The position numbers were made by a program, and so were the translations under genes. 64,000 nucleotides of DNA from positions 79,174,001 through 79,238,000 of the forward strand of contig JBITNC010000001.1 of assembly GCA_050084985.1 (NCBI GenBank), in the 5' to 3' direction. Origin of the DNA: Nageia nagi. Taxonomy: Eukaryota > Plantae > Pinophyta. Shown in pieces: positions 13,449 through 25,553 of this stretch (positions are counted from its first letter, which is position 1; every line of letters starts with the position of its first letter). Below the pieces are notes generated by a model, which saw nothing but the letters and a program-made list of their open reading frames with translations, searched no databases and was not told the origin of the DNA.

Positions 13449-16400
13449 CATTGTTGGAAAACTTGGACTCTGGAACTTCTTGGCTAGGAAAATTTTGGAG
13501 AGTGCTCAGGATAAACTCGACACAAAAACTCGACAAAAAGAACCCACAAACATTTCATGAAAAAACATACAAAAACATATTTAAATACAAAATTAGAGAG
13601 CTACAATGATCATTTATTGTTTGTGATCATCAATGATTATCAAAAATAATAAATACAACCATGTATATAGTCATAACTCTAAGTAGTTATAAACAACTGA
13701 AGTCTAAAGTTCTAAACAATAGAAATTGAGTCTAGACTCTAATAGTCTAAACTAGTAGTGTTGCAATGGCTTTTTCCCCCTCTCCCTCATATATGTTCTC
13801 GGCTCGACCTCACAACATGTGTAGCAAAGGAAGTGGCACATGCTCATCCTCAACATGATCCTTAGCCTCATATATGTACTTGTCCTCGAGCTCCATATGA
13901 ATTATAATTGTTGTACTAGATGTATCTCACCTGCTACTTACCTTTCAAGTTGCTCGATGTCCTCCTCAGTGAAGATAGGTTCCACATTCAACAACCCTAT
14001 CTAATAGTGGATCCATAGAATCAAAAGTCAATGGCATCATAAGTATTTGTGCCCTTCACTTGTTTGACCTGAAGGTGAAGATTATATTGGATGAACACAA
14101 GGTCATTCAGTCAATGATGGCTCAACTTATTGTGTTTCTTAGTGTGAATGCTCTCAAACATGGACCAATTACGCTCACACCCTAAAGCGCTATAAGGTTG
14201 ACTCAATATCTTCACTGCTATCCTCTGAAGAGTTGGACACCAAGCACCATTGTCTTCCAACCATAAATTTGCAAAAAAGAAACGGCATTTTAAAACCTCA
14301 ATGTAGATTCTACATTATATAAATTCTAAAAAGACCCTACTTTTATAATTTTATTGATTTTTTAAGTATTAATTAGTCGAAAGGTTGTCCTCGACATTTG
14401 ACAAATAATTGAAGAAATAGCCCTCCCATCAACCTTCTTCTAGGATTGCATCTCATCTGGACAAAGTCTTCTAAGGTGACCTCAGGGATCATCCTCTCTA
14501 TGCAAGTATAGAGGCCATCCATAACCTCATCATCGGCCATAAAATTATCAGCATAAAAAAACTTGGGGTTAAAGTAGTACCCTGTTGCATTTAAAGGCAA
14601 ATGGAGATGACGATTCCATCTCCTTTCAATGATACTCTCAATGGGATCCGATTTTTTTGTCTCTTCGATATATATGTTGGATAGCCCAATTTGCCCTATC
14701 CATGGCCTCATAAAGATAGCCCATCGATAAAAAATCACCATCTACAAGACAAAGAACCTTCACCAAGGTTATGTGACCTAGAAATCATAAAAATACAATT
14801 TTTGATTTACAAATTTAAAATTAAGGAAAGAAAAATACAAAGATACAAACTAAAAATTGAAAAAAAAAACATAAAGGAACAAATTTAAATTACCTTCAAG
14901 ATCTCCTCAATGCCCTTCCAAAAGAAGTCGTCAAACACTATCTTTATGACCTTCCCCCCATAGTCACTACGGTGAAAAGAAGACTCCCTTCATTGATTAG
15001 TTATAAACATCCTCTTAAGAGAAGCATCTGCATCAAAGAGGCTTTGTAATATAAGAAAATTGGAGGCAAATAGAGTGATACCTAGACGAATGATCTCCTT
15101 GCCACCCATGTGCTCTCTCATCAAACTAAGCACCCAAGTGTGGTTGTAGATGAATTTGGTAATTGTTTTCACTTCTTCAACCACACTTTTAATCCATGTA
15201 AGCTTGCTAATGTCCTCTAGAATAAGGTCAATCACATGGGCTTCCAAATAAGGTGTGGTACTTCCTCTCAAGAAGTTTCCCTGCAACTGCATATGTTGTA
15301 GCGTTGTCTGTCACTACTTGGACAACATTCACCACACCCACTTCCAACACCAAATCCTCAAGAAATTTAAAAATTAGTAATGTATTTTTTACTTTATCGG
15401 ATGCATCAACCAACCTCAAGAAGACCATTAATCCACTTGATACCACCATGAAATTGAATACAATTCTTCAAAGCTACCCACCCATCTAACATAATAGTCC
15501 ATTCATGTTTGCGCCAATTCTTTCTTTGTTCATCTAATAGGGAACGTGTGCTAACAACTACATCCTTAAGCAAAAGACCATTGAAATCCTTTGTGATAGG
15601 GATTTCGTCCCTCTTCCAAAATTGATGAATGCATTCACCATGGCCTCCCATAAGGACTACTTGCAAAATTAAAAGAAATGTTTCAATAGTACCAAAAAAT
15701 ATGTAGTTGCTCGTGTTGCTTTGGCTTTTCGTCTTCCCATGAGGAAGGTTGTACCTCTGAATGTGAAACAAAGAAACCCTGCATGTTTTGTTGCCTCATT
15801 AAATTTGGAGTCATTGCACTATCATTTGACCAAACATTTGGAATTGGGCCTAAAAAAGACTTTGATATTAATTCATCAAAGCCCAAGTTCCCCCCCAATC
15901 CTTGGACCAACTGCAATCTTGATCTTTTGTTTTTCTATCTTCTTTCATGATTGTGTAGCAAGCAAGGCTTGCATCTCACATGTGATCTTGGAAGGTGCAA
16001 CATCACAAACTATGATACCTTTATTAGATATCTTTGCAAGATGGTGTTCTGATCTATTGATGGCACCCCTGTAACTATTTTTGCAATAATTGCATATCAC
16101 TTGGTTTACAAGATCACCCTTTCTACCATGCTTCCAATCAAGATCCATCCTTGGAGGGGGTACATTTGAATGGCCCTCATCTTTAGTTGTCATCTTGAAA
16201 GTGCAAAAAAAAAAAAAAGTAAAAACCCCATGAAAAGCCCTAATCCTAGGATAAAAACCCTAACCGTAATTTGTTTAAATTACAATTAAAAAAAAATAAA
16301 GAATACCCATTTGAAGTATGGGCATTAACATTAATATACAAAAAAAAAGAAAATTTCAAAATGAAAATAAAAAATAAAAAACAAAAAACCTAAGTCTTCC

Positions 16401-16676
16401 AAATGCATGATGAGAATTAAAAAACTCAAGGATGATCACTAAATCTTGTGACATCTACGATGAAAAACTTGAAATCCATTGTGAAGCTTCAGATTGATGG
16501 TGAACCTTCAAATCCTTCACAAACTGACTTGCAAAGCAAAATAGGAAACAAACACAATGGAATTAGCAAAATGAGGCAGTTTAAAGCACTTTGGAGACGA
16601 CTATCTTTTTTCTTGCATGATTTTGGTTTTGTTTTTCTAATTCCCAAGTAACCGTTGGTTTTCTCCCCAAGTACCT
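13449..16676 (-). mobile_element. hAT DNA transposon, degenerate, same family as the upstream copy, opposite orientation
   Basis: BED finger (WKHG..VICNYCKNSYRGAINRSEHHLA), WTIMLDGW, VVQVVTDNA, TKFIYNHTWVL, RWNRHLHLPLNATGYYFNPKF. Terminus cattgttggaaaacttggac at 13449 is near the reverse complement of the 13297 end. The far end is approximate. Confidence 0.85.
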
Positions 16677-17159
16677 GCTGATTACACACCACAAATCAGC
16701 AATGTCAAGAAAATTGCCCCCATTGCTTGCCTTCTGACCCATGCTTACTCTTAAGAAACTGCCACTTACTTGTTGTTTGTCGAACCAGGCTTGTTTCCAT
16801 TCTATTCATTATAATAGCATAGTGTAGGGAAGAAGGAAAAACTGTGAGAGCAATGGCTCAAATGGGAGCAAATAGGTTATTTTTAACATCAAATATATAT
16901 ACACTATTTATAGTTCAATGCAACCTTCAAAGTTTGGGTACACCATCTACCCCCCTAAAACTCTCTCACAAACTTATTGTGTAACTTTTATTGCATCACC
17001 TACAATAGGGTAGTGTATATTTATTTATAAAACCTAACTAAAACCTTTAGTAATAAATTAACACCTTAAGTATTGTGAGGTAATTCTAACACCTCAAATT
17101 ATATCATAATTCAAAAAATGAGAACTAGATTGGAAACAATAGATAAAATCAACATATGT

Positions 17160-19270
17160 CTAGAGCATTTGCAAGGTACAATAGCAGAAATGGACTGCAC
17201 TACCATAACAACTGTTCTAAAATGATGGTGGCTATACGCTCACACATCATCAAATGTGAGAGTGTTCTTCACTTATGTCACAACAGAATCATCTCTCCAT
17301 GGTCATTAATTCAAATTTCCAATGCAAATAGCTCTCAACACATTTTCAACTCTCCAACAGGAATCACACAACTATAGTGAGAATGGCCACACTATATACA
17401 ACATCAAGACATAAATACAACTGCTCCTCAAACAGGATCATTGTGCTAGATGATCAACCATCATTCTCTACCAAAAATATCTACAGAAACTAAAGACAGT
17501 TGACAGTTTCCTTTCATAACTTGTGTAGAAACTAAAGACACACTTGACAGATTCCACAAACAAAATAGACCAAAATCTAAATGCTGTAACATTCTTTCTA
17601 AAATGGCAGTTGACAACGTTTTCATCAACATCTGAAAACTCCTGTGTTCTAAACAACACAAAACATAAGAGTGACAATGGGCTCACTATTATAATACAAC
17701 ATATTCCTCTTCTCTTGTTGGGGGAAAGATGGCAGTAATGGACCTCCTATCACCACAGTCCAAAATATATCTTCAACAATCTGAATCTTTAAACGAGATG
17801 AGGAAATCTAACACCCTCAATTGAAAATATGGACCACAATGTTTTTTCAATTACTCCTTTGTTGTCAAGCAACAGCATATTATCAATGTCATCATCAGTA
17901 TAATCTCAGAAAGATCTTTCAATCAACTATTTATAGCTCAATTCATTATATGGTCGAAAAACATTTAAAAAATTCAAGAATATCATAACAGATTTTGCAT
18001 ACGTTGGTTAGCTACATAACTATCATTTTACACTTTGCCAAAATTGTTACATAAATGAAATTCACTTCAAAGGGACTTGAGCATTTGAATCATCTTAATT
18101 TTTGTTTTACAAAACTAAATACAAACATCTTTGTCATTGTTCAACTTACAGATAACCAACATATGCAAAATTATCTAAACAGTAATTAAATTCTTTGTGC
18201 GCCTTCAAAACAATCAGATTGCCTTCAGAACTTTTATTATCATGTAAAGACCTCCTCTGAACTACAGCTTGTCCCAGACAAATATGACGAGACGCTCCAA
18301 TTCAAAGTATGGTGAATTGATATTCATCAAGGCTTTGATTGGTTTTTGAGTTGAGTTTTTTTTTTTTTTTTTGAGTTGAGTTATGGCGCTACAATGATGA
18401 ATTATATGGAAACTCAACGTTAGTGCTGGAAAGATCAGAATCTCATTCCATAAAATGGATTTCTTTCAACCTAAGTTGCCTCAGATTCATCCGCAACCAG
18501 AACTTGGAATTTATGCATGTGTGAGGATGCAGAAACATCTTCACAAACTCGTCTTGTTCTTTTATTTTGATTTGACTTGGACTGTATAAAGTCATAGACT
18601 TGCAATATAGTATGCAAGTTCTAATTTTGCAAGTGTTGATATTCATTCGTTGTTACTTGCACCCTTGCATGCACAATTCAGAAACCGTAAAAATGGCAGG
18701 CGACATGACATAAATTTATTTACACAATATTCTGTAGCTGAAGAAATATCAAATTTTACCCAATTTATATTTAGATTTAGCTTCTTGCTCTTGGAGATTA
18801 TCTTGTTCTTGCTGAAGGCAATGGTTCCCTTCTTTTTGCTCTTCTCCATTCACTCTGCCCACCAAATCTCCTTGAAATTTTCATTAATAGCGATGAGGTA
18901 AGGATATGGCTCTGATGCCATATCAAAGCAATAGCTCAAATAAGAGCAAATATTTTACTAACAACATCAATATTTATACATTATATTCTGATCTCAGCTT
19001 CAGAGTTTTGGTTCACCATCTAACCACCTAAAACTCCCTTAACGACTTAACACCTAATGTAGAGCTCACATCACATACAAAAGGTAATGTACATTTACTT
19101 GTACATAACCTAATTACAACCTTGGTAATATTTTTTTTCCTACATAACTAGCATCTTAAGTATTATGATGTAATACTACCATGATCTATAACAGTTACCC
19201 TAACTAAACCATTGCAACTAAATTGTATTTTGAGTTCTTACAATTTTCTAGGGAGTGTACAGATATATCA
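17160..19270 (-). mobile_element. Highly degenerate LTR retrotransposon remnant (Copia-like)
   Basis: tRNA-Met PBS-like TGGCATCAGAGCC on the minus strand at 18920-18908, next to an LTR-like AT-rich segment. Weak integrase-like fragments near 17200. Boundaries approximate. Confidence 0.35.
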
Positions 19271-20820
19271 GCTTTAAAGCAGATATCCTCTCAATGTGAA
19301 ACATAGGGCACAAGAAGAATACACAAAGGTACCATTCTTTCCCCAATCACACATCCATCTATTCTCTACTTTTTTTCCATGTAATACCTTCAATTCTTTT
19401 CTGCCACTTCTTCAATTTCTCTGCTACAGTGAGAGAATCCCCATGTCAGCCAGCATACAAAGGAGTTCTTCATGCCACAGTAATTGAGATAAAAAACTGA
19501 AGGTGTTGAGGAGTTTATGTTCAATTAACTAACAAGAAACAAAAAGACACAACCCTATGTACACCCATAGTGAAATTAACACAGTAAGATGCCAATATCC
19601 TTTTGTTGCTGAAATAATAGGTATCTCAAAACTATATCGAAGGCCTTCCTCAAGACGATAAAAGAGCACAAAGTTATAGACTATTATAAACAAGCCTCTT
19701 TCAGGATTGCTCAAAAAGTTAAAAAGGTGATGACTTCTCCAGTCATTACTTCTCAGTCATCTTTGTCTTTTCAAGTTACACCCACCTAGCTCAAATGAGG
19801 ACGAAGGTTAATGTCTAGACTTTGGCATAAAGCTTAGCAACAATGCATCCAATAAAGTTATTTTAAAATAAGGAATCCAAATACAACCCTCATAGTAATT
19901 ATCAAACACAAAACCCTCGCACTCAAGAATGAGAGCTATATGTATTATATAATTCACAATTCATCTTTAAAATCAAACCATTTACTGTATCATATCTCTT
20001 CATACTGAATTTAACCCACCAAAGATTTCATAAATTAATGTTTAATATTTATGATAAATTTGAATGTAAATCTGTAGTTCCATTTTCAGCGATAACTGTC
20101 AACACTTATGGCTTGGTCAAACCCAGCATCCTTACATGATTACAAATTTGTAAGTGATTGTGAAGTAGGAAAGTATTTGTGAAACCAGAATATTAATGTC
20201 TTAGCTTTAGAGACTGTGTTAAATGACATTGATTGTATGATTTGTATCCATGACCATCTCTTTCCTGACTGGGAAACCTCTTGTGAGGAAGAAAAAGACT
20301 ACCCAACTTCATATGCATGCATCTCACATGTGACTTGGAATATCCTGAAAGCAAGTAGTTCAACATCTTCTAGACTAAATATGAGATGGCTTTTTAAGCT
20401 CTATATTATTAGATTGTTTGTTTCTATTTCTTTACAGTTACAAATTCCTTGTTCTTGCTTCAAAACTAAAGATCCTTTGTCTTCATAGGAAATTTGATTT
20501 CAAACTGTATCCTCGTGATGATCACTTACAAACATTGACATGTCCTAAGAATCCGAGAACATTTTTGACTGCATCCAATAAAGCTGTTTGGAACATTGTA
20601 CTAAATGTATATTTTCCCAAGGTCACACAAAGTATCTGGGATGAAGAATGTCCAGGTATGCGCAAAATTTTCTTGTACAATAGGGATAAAAGACCATTTT
20701 GTGAGAACAGTTTTGAGGCCATGTATCAATACGCTTCCTATATGACTACTAGGAACATGCTATTGACATGCCAATCACTCATTTAGAGTCACTACAGCTG
20801 TCTGTTTTAGTTCATCCACT

Positions 20821-20969
20821 TGGTTGTTCCGACTTATATCAATATTGAATATGGATCTCACAATTAATGGCTTTATTGATGCTCAGTTTTAGTCTTATTT
20901 TAGCACATGATAGAAAAGGCATACAATTATTTTTCGTCCAACTTCTACAAACAGCTGTTATAAGAAACT
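20821..20969 (+). repeat. 149-bp direct repeat, copy 1 (copy 2 at 24313-24461)
   Basis: tggttgttcc...ataagaaact occurs twice with 5 mismatches. Confidence 0.95.
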
Positions 20970-23195
20970 CCATCCAGTCCTTCAAAACTATTACCTGTAA
21001 ATAATTCTTTTATACAATCTGCAAAGCAAAAGAAGGCATTATAAATTCTGCACATGCAATGATTGTGTGATTAATCAAGGATTAATGAAGCCAAAGCCCA
21101 GTATTACACAGAAAGAAAAGCATTGCCTTGAAGTCCCAAGAAAGCAGAATATTGTTGAAAGAGCACAGTGGACACTTCAGAGGATCCAAAAACTTCAGAC
21201 ATTTCTGCAGAAGGCTAAAGAAGAGTTGGAAGAACTCTTAAAAGAAGAAGCTGATTATAATGAAGCAGTGGATTACGAGTCAGAGTTAAATGCTTCATAT
21301 CCACAAACAGATCTGGCAGAAAACAATATTAATATTGTCAAGCATTCTTATTCCCCTGTCTGTCAAGTGAAAATTAAAATTGATGGATTCAAAGCTTACA
21401 GTTCAGATGCGTTGATTGATATAGGCAATGAATGCAGCCTAGCCAGAAGGAACTCAATTCCAGAAGACATGTGGCTACAAGATAAAGTAAGTTTAACTTT
21501 CAATTCTGAAAAAACAGTTTCTACATTGTCTATAGAAGTCCCATTTGTATTTCAAGATCAAATCATAGGCTTTAAATTAGTCAGCATGAGATGAAGAATT
21601 ATGATTTGATGATAGGCTATGACAAACTAATAAAGTTAAGGCCATTTAGCTTAACTGAGGATAATTATATAGTTTTGAAAGGGATTAAGTATCCGCTGAA
21701 AAATTTTTACGAGTCAATAATCCCTGTGTGGAATCCTCCAGTTAAAGTAAAGAAATTGGATTGGGTCACAAAGTCCATAAATTTGAATGCCTCAAATTTA
21801 AATGAAATTATTGAAAAGATCAAAAAGGACTTATGTTCTGAAGACCCTACAGCATTCAGGCATAGAAAAATTCATGAATGCAATATTGATTTGAAAATGG
21901 TTGAAAAGAATGGTAAAATAATGGAACCTAAATTCAAAGCACATCATATAGGTTTCAGCCATCCATTAAGAAAAGAATGTGAAGCAGAGATTCAAGAGTT
22001 GCTTCAAAAAAGCTTGATTGAAAAGTCTAATTCCCCGTGGGTTTGTTGTGCATTTTATGTAAATAAGAGATCCAAACAGGTGAGAGGAAAGAAAAGGTTA
22101 TAAATTATAAACCTCTTAACCAGTATGTCAAACCTGTCCAGCATCCTATTTCTTCAAAGGATGAGTTACTTCAAAAACTGGAACAATCTAATGTATTTTC
22201 AAAATTTGATCTTAAATCAGGTTTCTGGTAGATCAGTATAAATCCAGAAGATAGGCCTAAACCAACATTTGTAGTTCCTGGAGGTCATTACGAATGGACA
22301 GTGTTACCATTCGGATTGAAGACAGCACCCTCAATATTCCAGAAGGTAAGGGATGGAATTTTTCAGCCTTTTAGTTCATTCATTTGTGTGTACATAGATG
22401 ACATCCTCAATTTTAGCAAAGATGTAAAACAGCATGTACAACATCTAGAAGAATTTTACAAAATTTGTTATGAACAAGGACTTGTCCTCTGAAAAGAAAT
22501 CTGTATTTTGTAAGGAAGAAATTGAATTTTTGGGATTACAAATTAGAGGAGGCCAAATCAAGTTATAGGCTCATATTTTTGAAAAGATAAAAAATTTCCT
22601 TGATGAGATATTATCTATGAATCAATTGGAAAGATTTATGGGCTGCATGAATTATGTCTCAAGATATTATCAGGCAATAGCAACAGATAGAAAACTTCTT
22701 AATAGCAGATTGAGAAAAAATGCTACTGCATGGAATGACGAAATGACACAAGCAGTAAGAAGGATAAAAGAAAAATGCTCAAAACTTCCCCCTATGACTC
22801 TTCCAAGATCAGGATTAAAAATTATTAAAACAAATACCAGTGATCAGTTTTGGGGAGTAGTTCTAAAAGAGCAAACCAATACAGGAGAAAATCTCTGCAG
22901 ATATGCATCTGGCAGCTTTACAAGTTCTACTCTCAAATACCCATCTTCTCACAAAGAGATTTTAGCTACAATAAAAGCCATCAAAGCTTTTCAATTTTTT
23001 GTTCAGTCTGAAAGATTTGTTTTAAGATCAAATCTTAATAACATGAAAAGGTTTATGCAAAAGAAATTTGACAAAGCATCTGAAAGCAGCAGAATGTTAA
23101 GATGGAGTATGTGGTTCGACGACTATGACATAACTTTGGAACATATCCTTGGAGTTAGAAATTCTATAGCTGATTTCCTAACCAGAGAATATTAG
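20851..23195 (+). pseudogene. Pararetroviral ORF1 remnant: aspartic protease, reverse transcriptase, RNase H
   Basis: Protease DALID(I)G. RT SPWVCCAFYVNKRSKQVRGKKRL/INYKPLN, SKFDLKSGFW, PFGLKTAPSIFQ, VYIDDIL. RNase H TNTSDQFWG...CRYASGSF...KEILA...NSIADFLTREY*. Several stops and frameshifts. Confidence 0.9.
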
Positions 23196-23201
23196 GTAAA
23201 T

Positions 23202-23929
23202 ATGGTTGGACCATGGACAGTTGAATGGACAGTAGTTTCAACACTACCAATGTTGTTTGATGTAGATTCAAGAAATTCAACTTTCTGGTATACACACAAA
23301 CTGTTCACTGAACAGAGAATTGGTGTTCCTCTGCCAAACAAAAGAGTTATAAACATTCTAGGAACATATCCGATTCATACTAGGAAAGTAAATCATTCAA
23401 TGGGTTCCAGAGCATTATTAGTACATCTTGGAGATGTTTATTGTAAACAATACTGGAGTCACATTGATGAAAATTATTTCATCGGAAGAACCACTGTTTT
23501 CATAAACAGGATTAGAGGCATCCACCAACGGCTAACCCAAGATCCAAACCAAGAAGTCAGAATTAGTGGATTCAAGCTGACATATGAACAATACAAGGGA
23601 CATTTCTTCACTTTACTTGTTTACCAAAATTCTATATTTACTCACAATTATTTTAATGGTTTAGGTAACCAATTAAGACAAAACTTTGAAAAAATACCTA
23701 ATTGGTTTGAAGAATGGTTTGTTAAGTTTGGGTTGCAGATTGAACAGTGTCCACCTGAGTATCATGATCTTAGTCCCATGACCATTTTAATCTAATGATA
23801 GATATTCATGCTACGTGGTTGCTGAAGTGGAGGTGGATTATCGAACAAAGAATCCTTGCTGATGAAAGCCTGACGGAGATGCTATCTCGAGAAGTTTCTA
23901 CAAAATGGTATCCCATGATACTAGAATAA
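23202..23929 (+). pseudogene. Florendovirus ORF2-like protein (one frameshift near 23790)
   Basis: Starts 6 nt after the RNase H stop. Motifs YEQYKGHFFTLLVYQNSIFTHNYF and IPNWFEEWFVKFG, then after a frameshift WLLKWRW...LSREVSTKWY, recall the florendovirus ORF2 pattern (YQN..H.WF / IPNWF..WW..FG / PWI.KW / R.F..KWW) as remembered. Confidence 0.7.
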
Positions 23930-24312
23930 GAAGCATGGTGGGCCCTTAACCCACTTTAAAAAATATTGGCCAACAACTTGATTCGGTTATATCAAGTCGG
24001 GAGTGCCCGTAACAGCATCCTTATCCACTCGAGGTGTGAGTGGAATACTTTACTTATCCACTTGGGTTGTAAGTAGAATAACTTTATTAGTGGCTTACTT
24101 TAAGTCACGTCAAAATACTGTAGCAAGTATGGTCTTGAGTAGAAGGTCCAAATTTAGATCTACGGCATCTTTTATGTAAATCGTTGATTTACCTATGAGC
24201 TAATATAAATAAGTGTTTCGAGCTCATTTGTATCAACGATAGGTAATGATAGATAGAAGTCTTTAGTGTGTCTAGCATAGAAATAGTCCGCTTACATGCA
24301 CGCTTTGGTAAA
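23930..24312 (+). promoter_or_regulatory. Pararetroviral intergenic region with putative pregenomic-RNA promoter
   Basis: Two cttatccact...gtgg/gtag stem-like repeats (24020-24080), cacgtc motif, TATAAAT at ~24204 followed by ctcatttgta. Confidence 0.5.
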
Positions 24313-25470
24313 TGGTTGTTCCAACTTATATCAATATTAAATATGGATCTCACAATTAAAGGCTTTATTGATGCTCAGTTTTAGTCTTATTTTAGCACAT
24401 GATAGAAAAAGCATACAATTGTTTTTCGTCCAACTTCTACAAACAGCTGTTATAAGAAACTTCAAAAGTAGAATTGATAGAAAGATGTTTGTTTTAGTTT
24501 TAGGGTCGGAAAGCAAGGAAAACGGGTGTTTCCTGATGACCTTAACCCCCTTTATATAAAACTAGAGGCGACTTCCCAACCACAGGGAGCATTTAGATAT
24601 CTCCAAACATCCACCTTTTGAAGGATACATCTCCAACATGTCCCTAGTAGTCCTTCAACATTAAGAAGATGCTAGTAGCGCCGCCAACATCACTTGGGAT
24701 GGATGCATTCTCAAACTCCCCCCTTCCCCCACCTCTAGAGATTCTGTTATGGATGGGGATGTCCTCTAAGGGCCATAGAAGCATCCCCATGTATCCCCAA
24801 TCTTCTCACATACATTATAGGACAAATAGTAGTTAATTCACATGTACTTACGGCTACTTACATTTCCAATATTATATCAAATGAATCTTCTATGCAATGA
24901 GCATCACTCACCTTGTTTTTTGATCAACATTCTATAACCTTCTCTTAGATGAGCTTTTCATTTCACATGGAGTATTCTTCTATCAAAAGTAACATCAACA
25001 ATTGGGGGCTTGTTTATCATCCGTGGAGGAAAAATTAGCAACATTTTTTGTTGAATATAGAATGAACCTCTCAAGGCTAATGATAGACACCTTCAATAGC
25101 TAACATGTACAACCATGGTTGAGAAACACACTATTGAATATGAAATAAGGATTTGAAACAACAAAAGCCTATCCTCCAAGCTTTGACAATTTCAGAGATG
25201 GTTTCTTCAACAACTATCGTTCAACCTGTGACAAATTCAGAAATAGTTGCTTCAAAAGCCACAAAAGATATTTCATTTTCCCCATAAGGATCAACATCTC
25301 TCGGGTGCATGTGTAACTAAAAAACATTCCTAACATGCAAGAATCGAAAATTTTGCACAGAAATAAATCTATTGAAAATGGATATTAAGTATATAATCAA
25401 ATTATAGTAAAAGATTGCAGAGCTGAAAACACTAAAAGTCCATACAAGATACAGGGAGCCTCAAACATAC

Positions 25471-25553
25471 AGGACCATATTGTTGGCGATGTTGTATTGT
25501 AGGCAGTGAGTGAAAGTCCGCATCCAGAACTGCAATTACCCTGTTAATTGCCA
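25471..25553 (-). CDS. MED16: MED16 small internal exon (83 nt)
   Basis: Manual translation (V)AINRVIAVLDADFHSLPTIQHRQQYGP fills the expected gap in MED16 (VIAVMDADFHSLPSTQHRQQYGP). ttttcag acceptor, gtatgt donor, phase 1/0. Confidence 0.93.

Larger units (their letters stand above)
20821..24461 (+). mobile_element. Endogenous caulimovirid (florendovirus-like pararetrovirus) insertion, ~1.04 units of a 3,492-bp genome
   Basis: Caulimovirid-type AP-RT-RNase H without integrase, then an ORF2 homolog and an intergenic region. 149-bp direct repeats at both ends (offset 3,492) lack TG..CA ends, PPT and TSD. Confidence 0.88.

Noticed and set aside
20821-24461. Gypsy LTR retrotransposon with 149-bp LTRs
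   Set aside because: The repeats lack TG..CA ends, PBS, PPT and TSD; there is no gag or integrase; the RT and RNase H motifs and ORF2 are caulimovirid-like.
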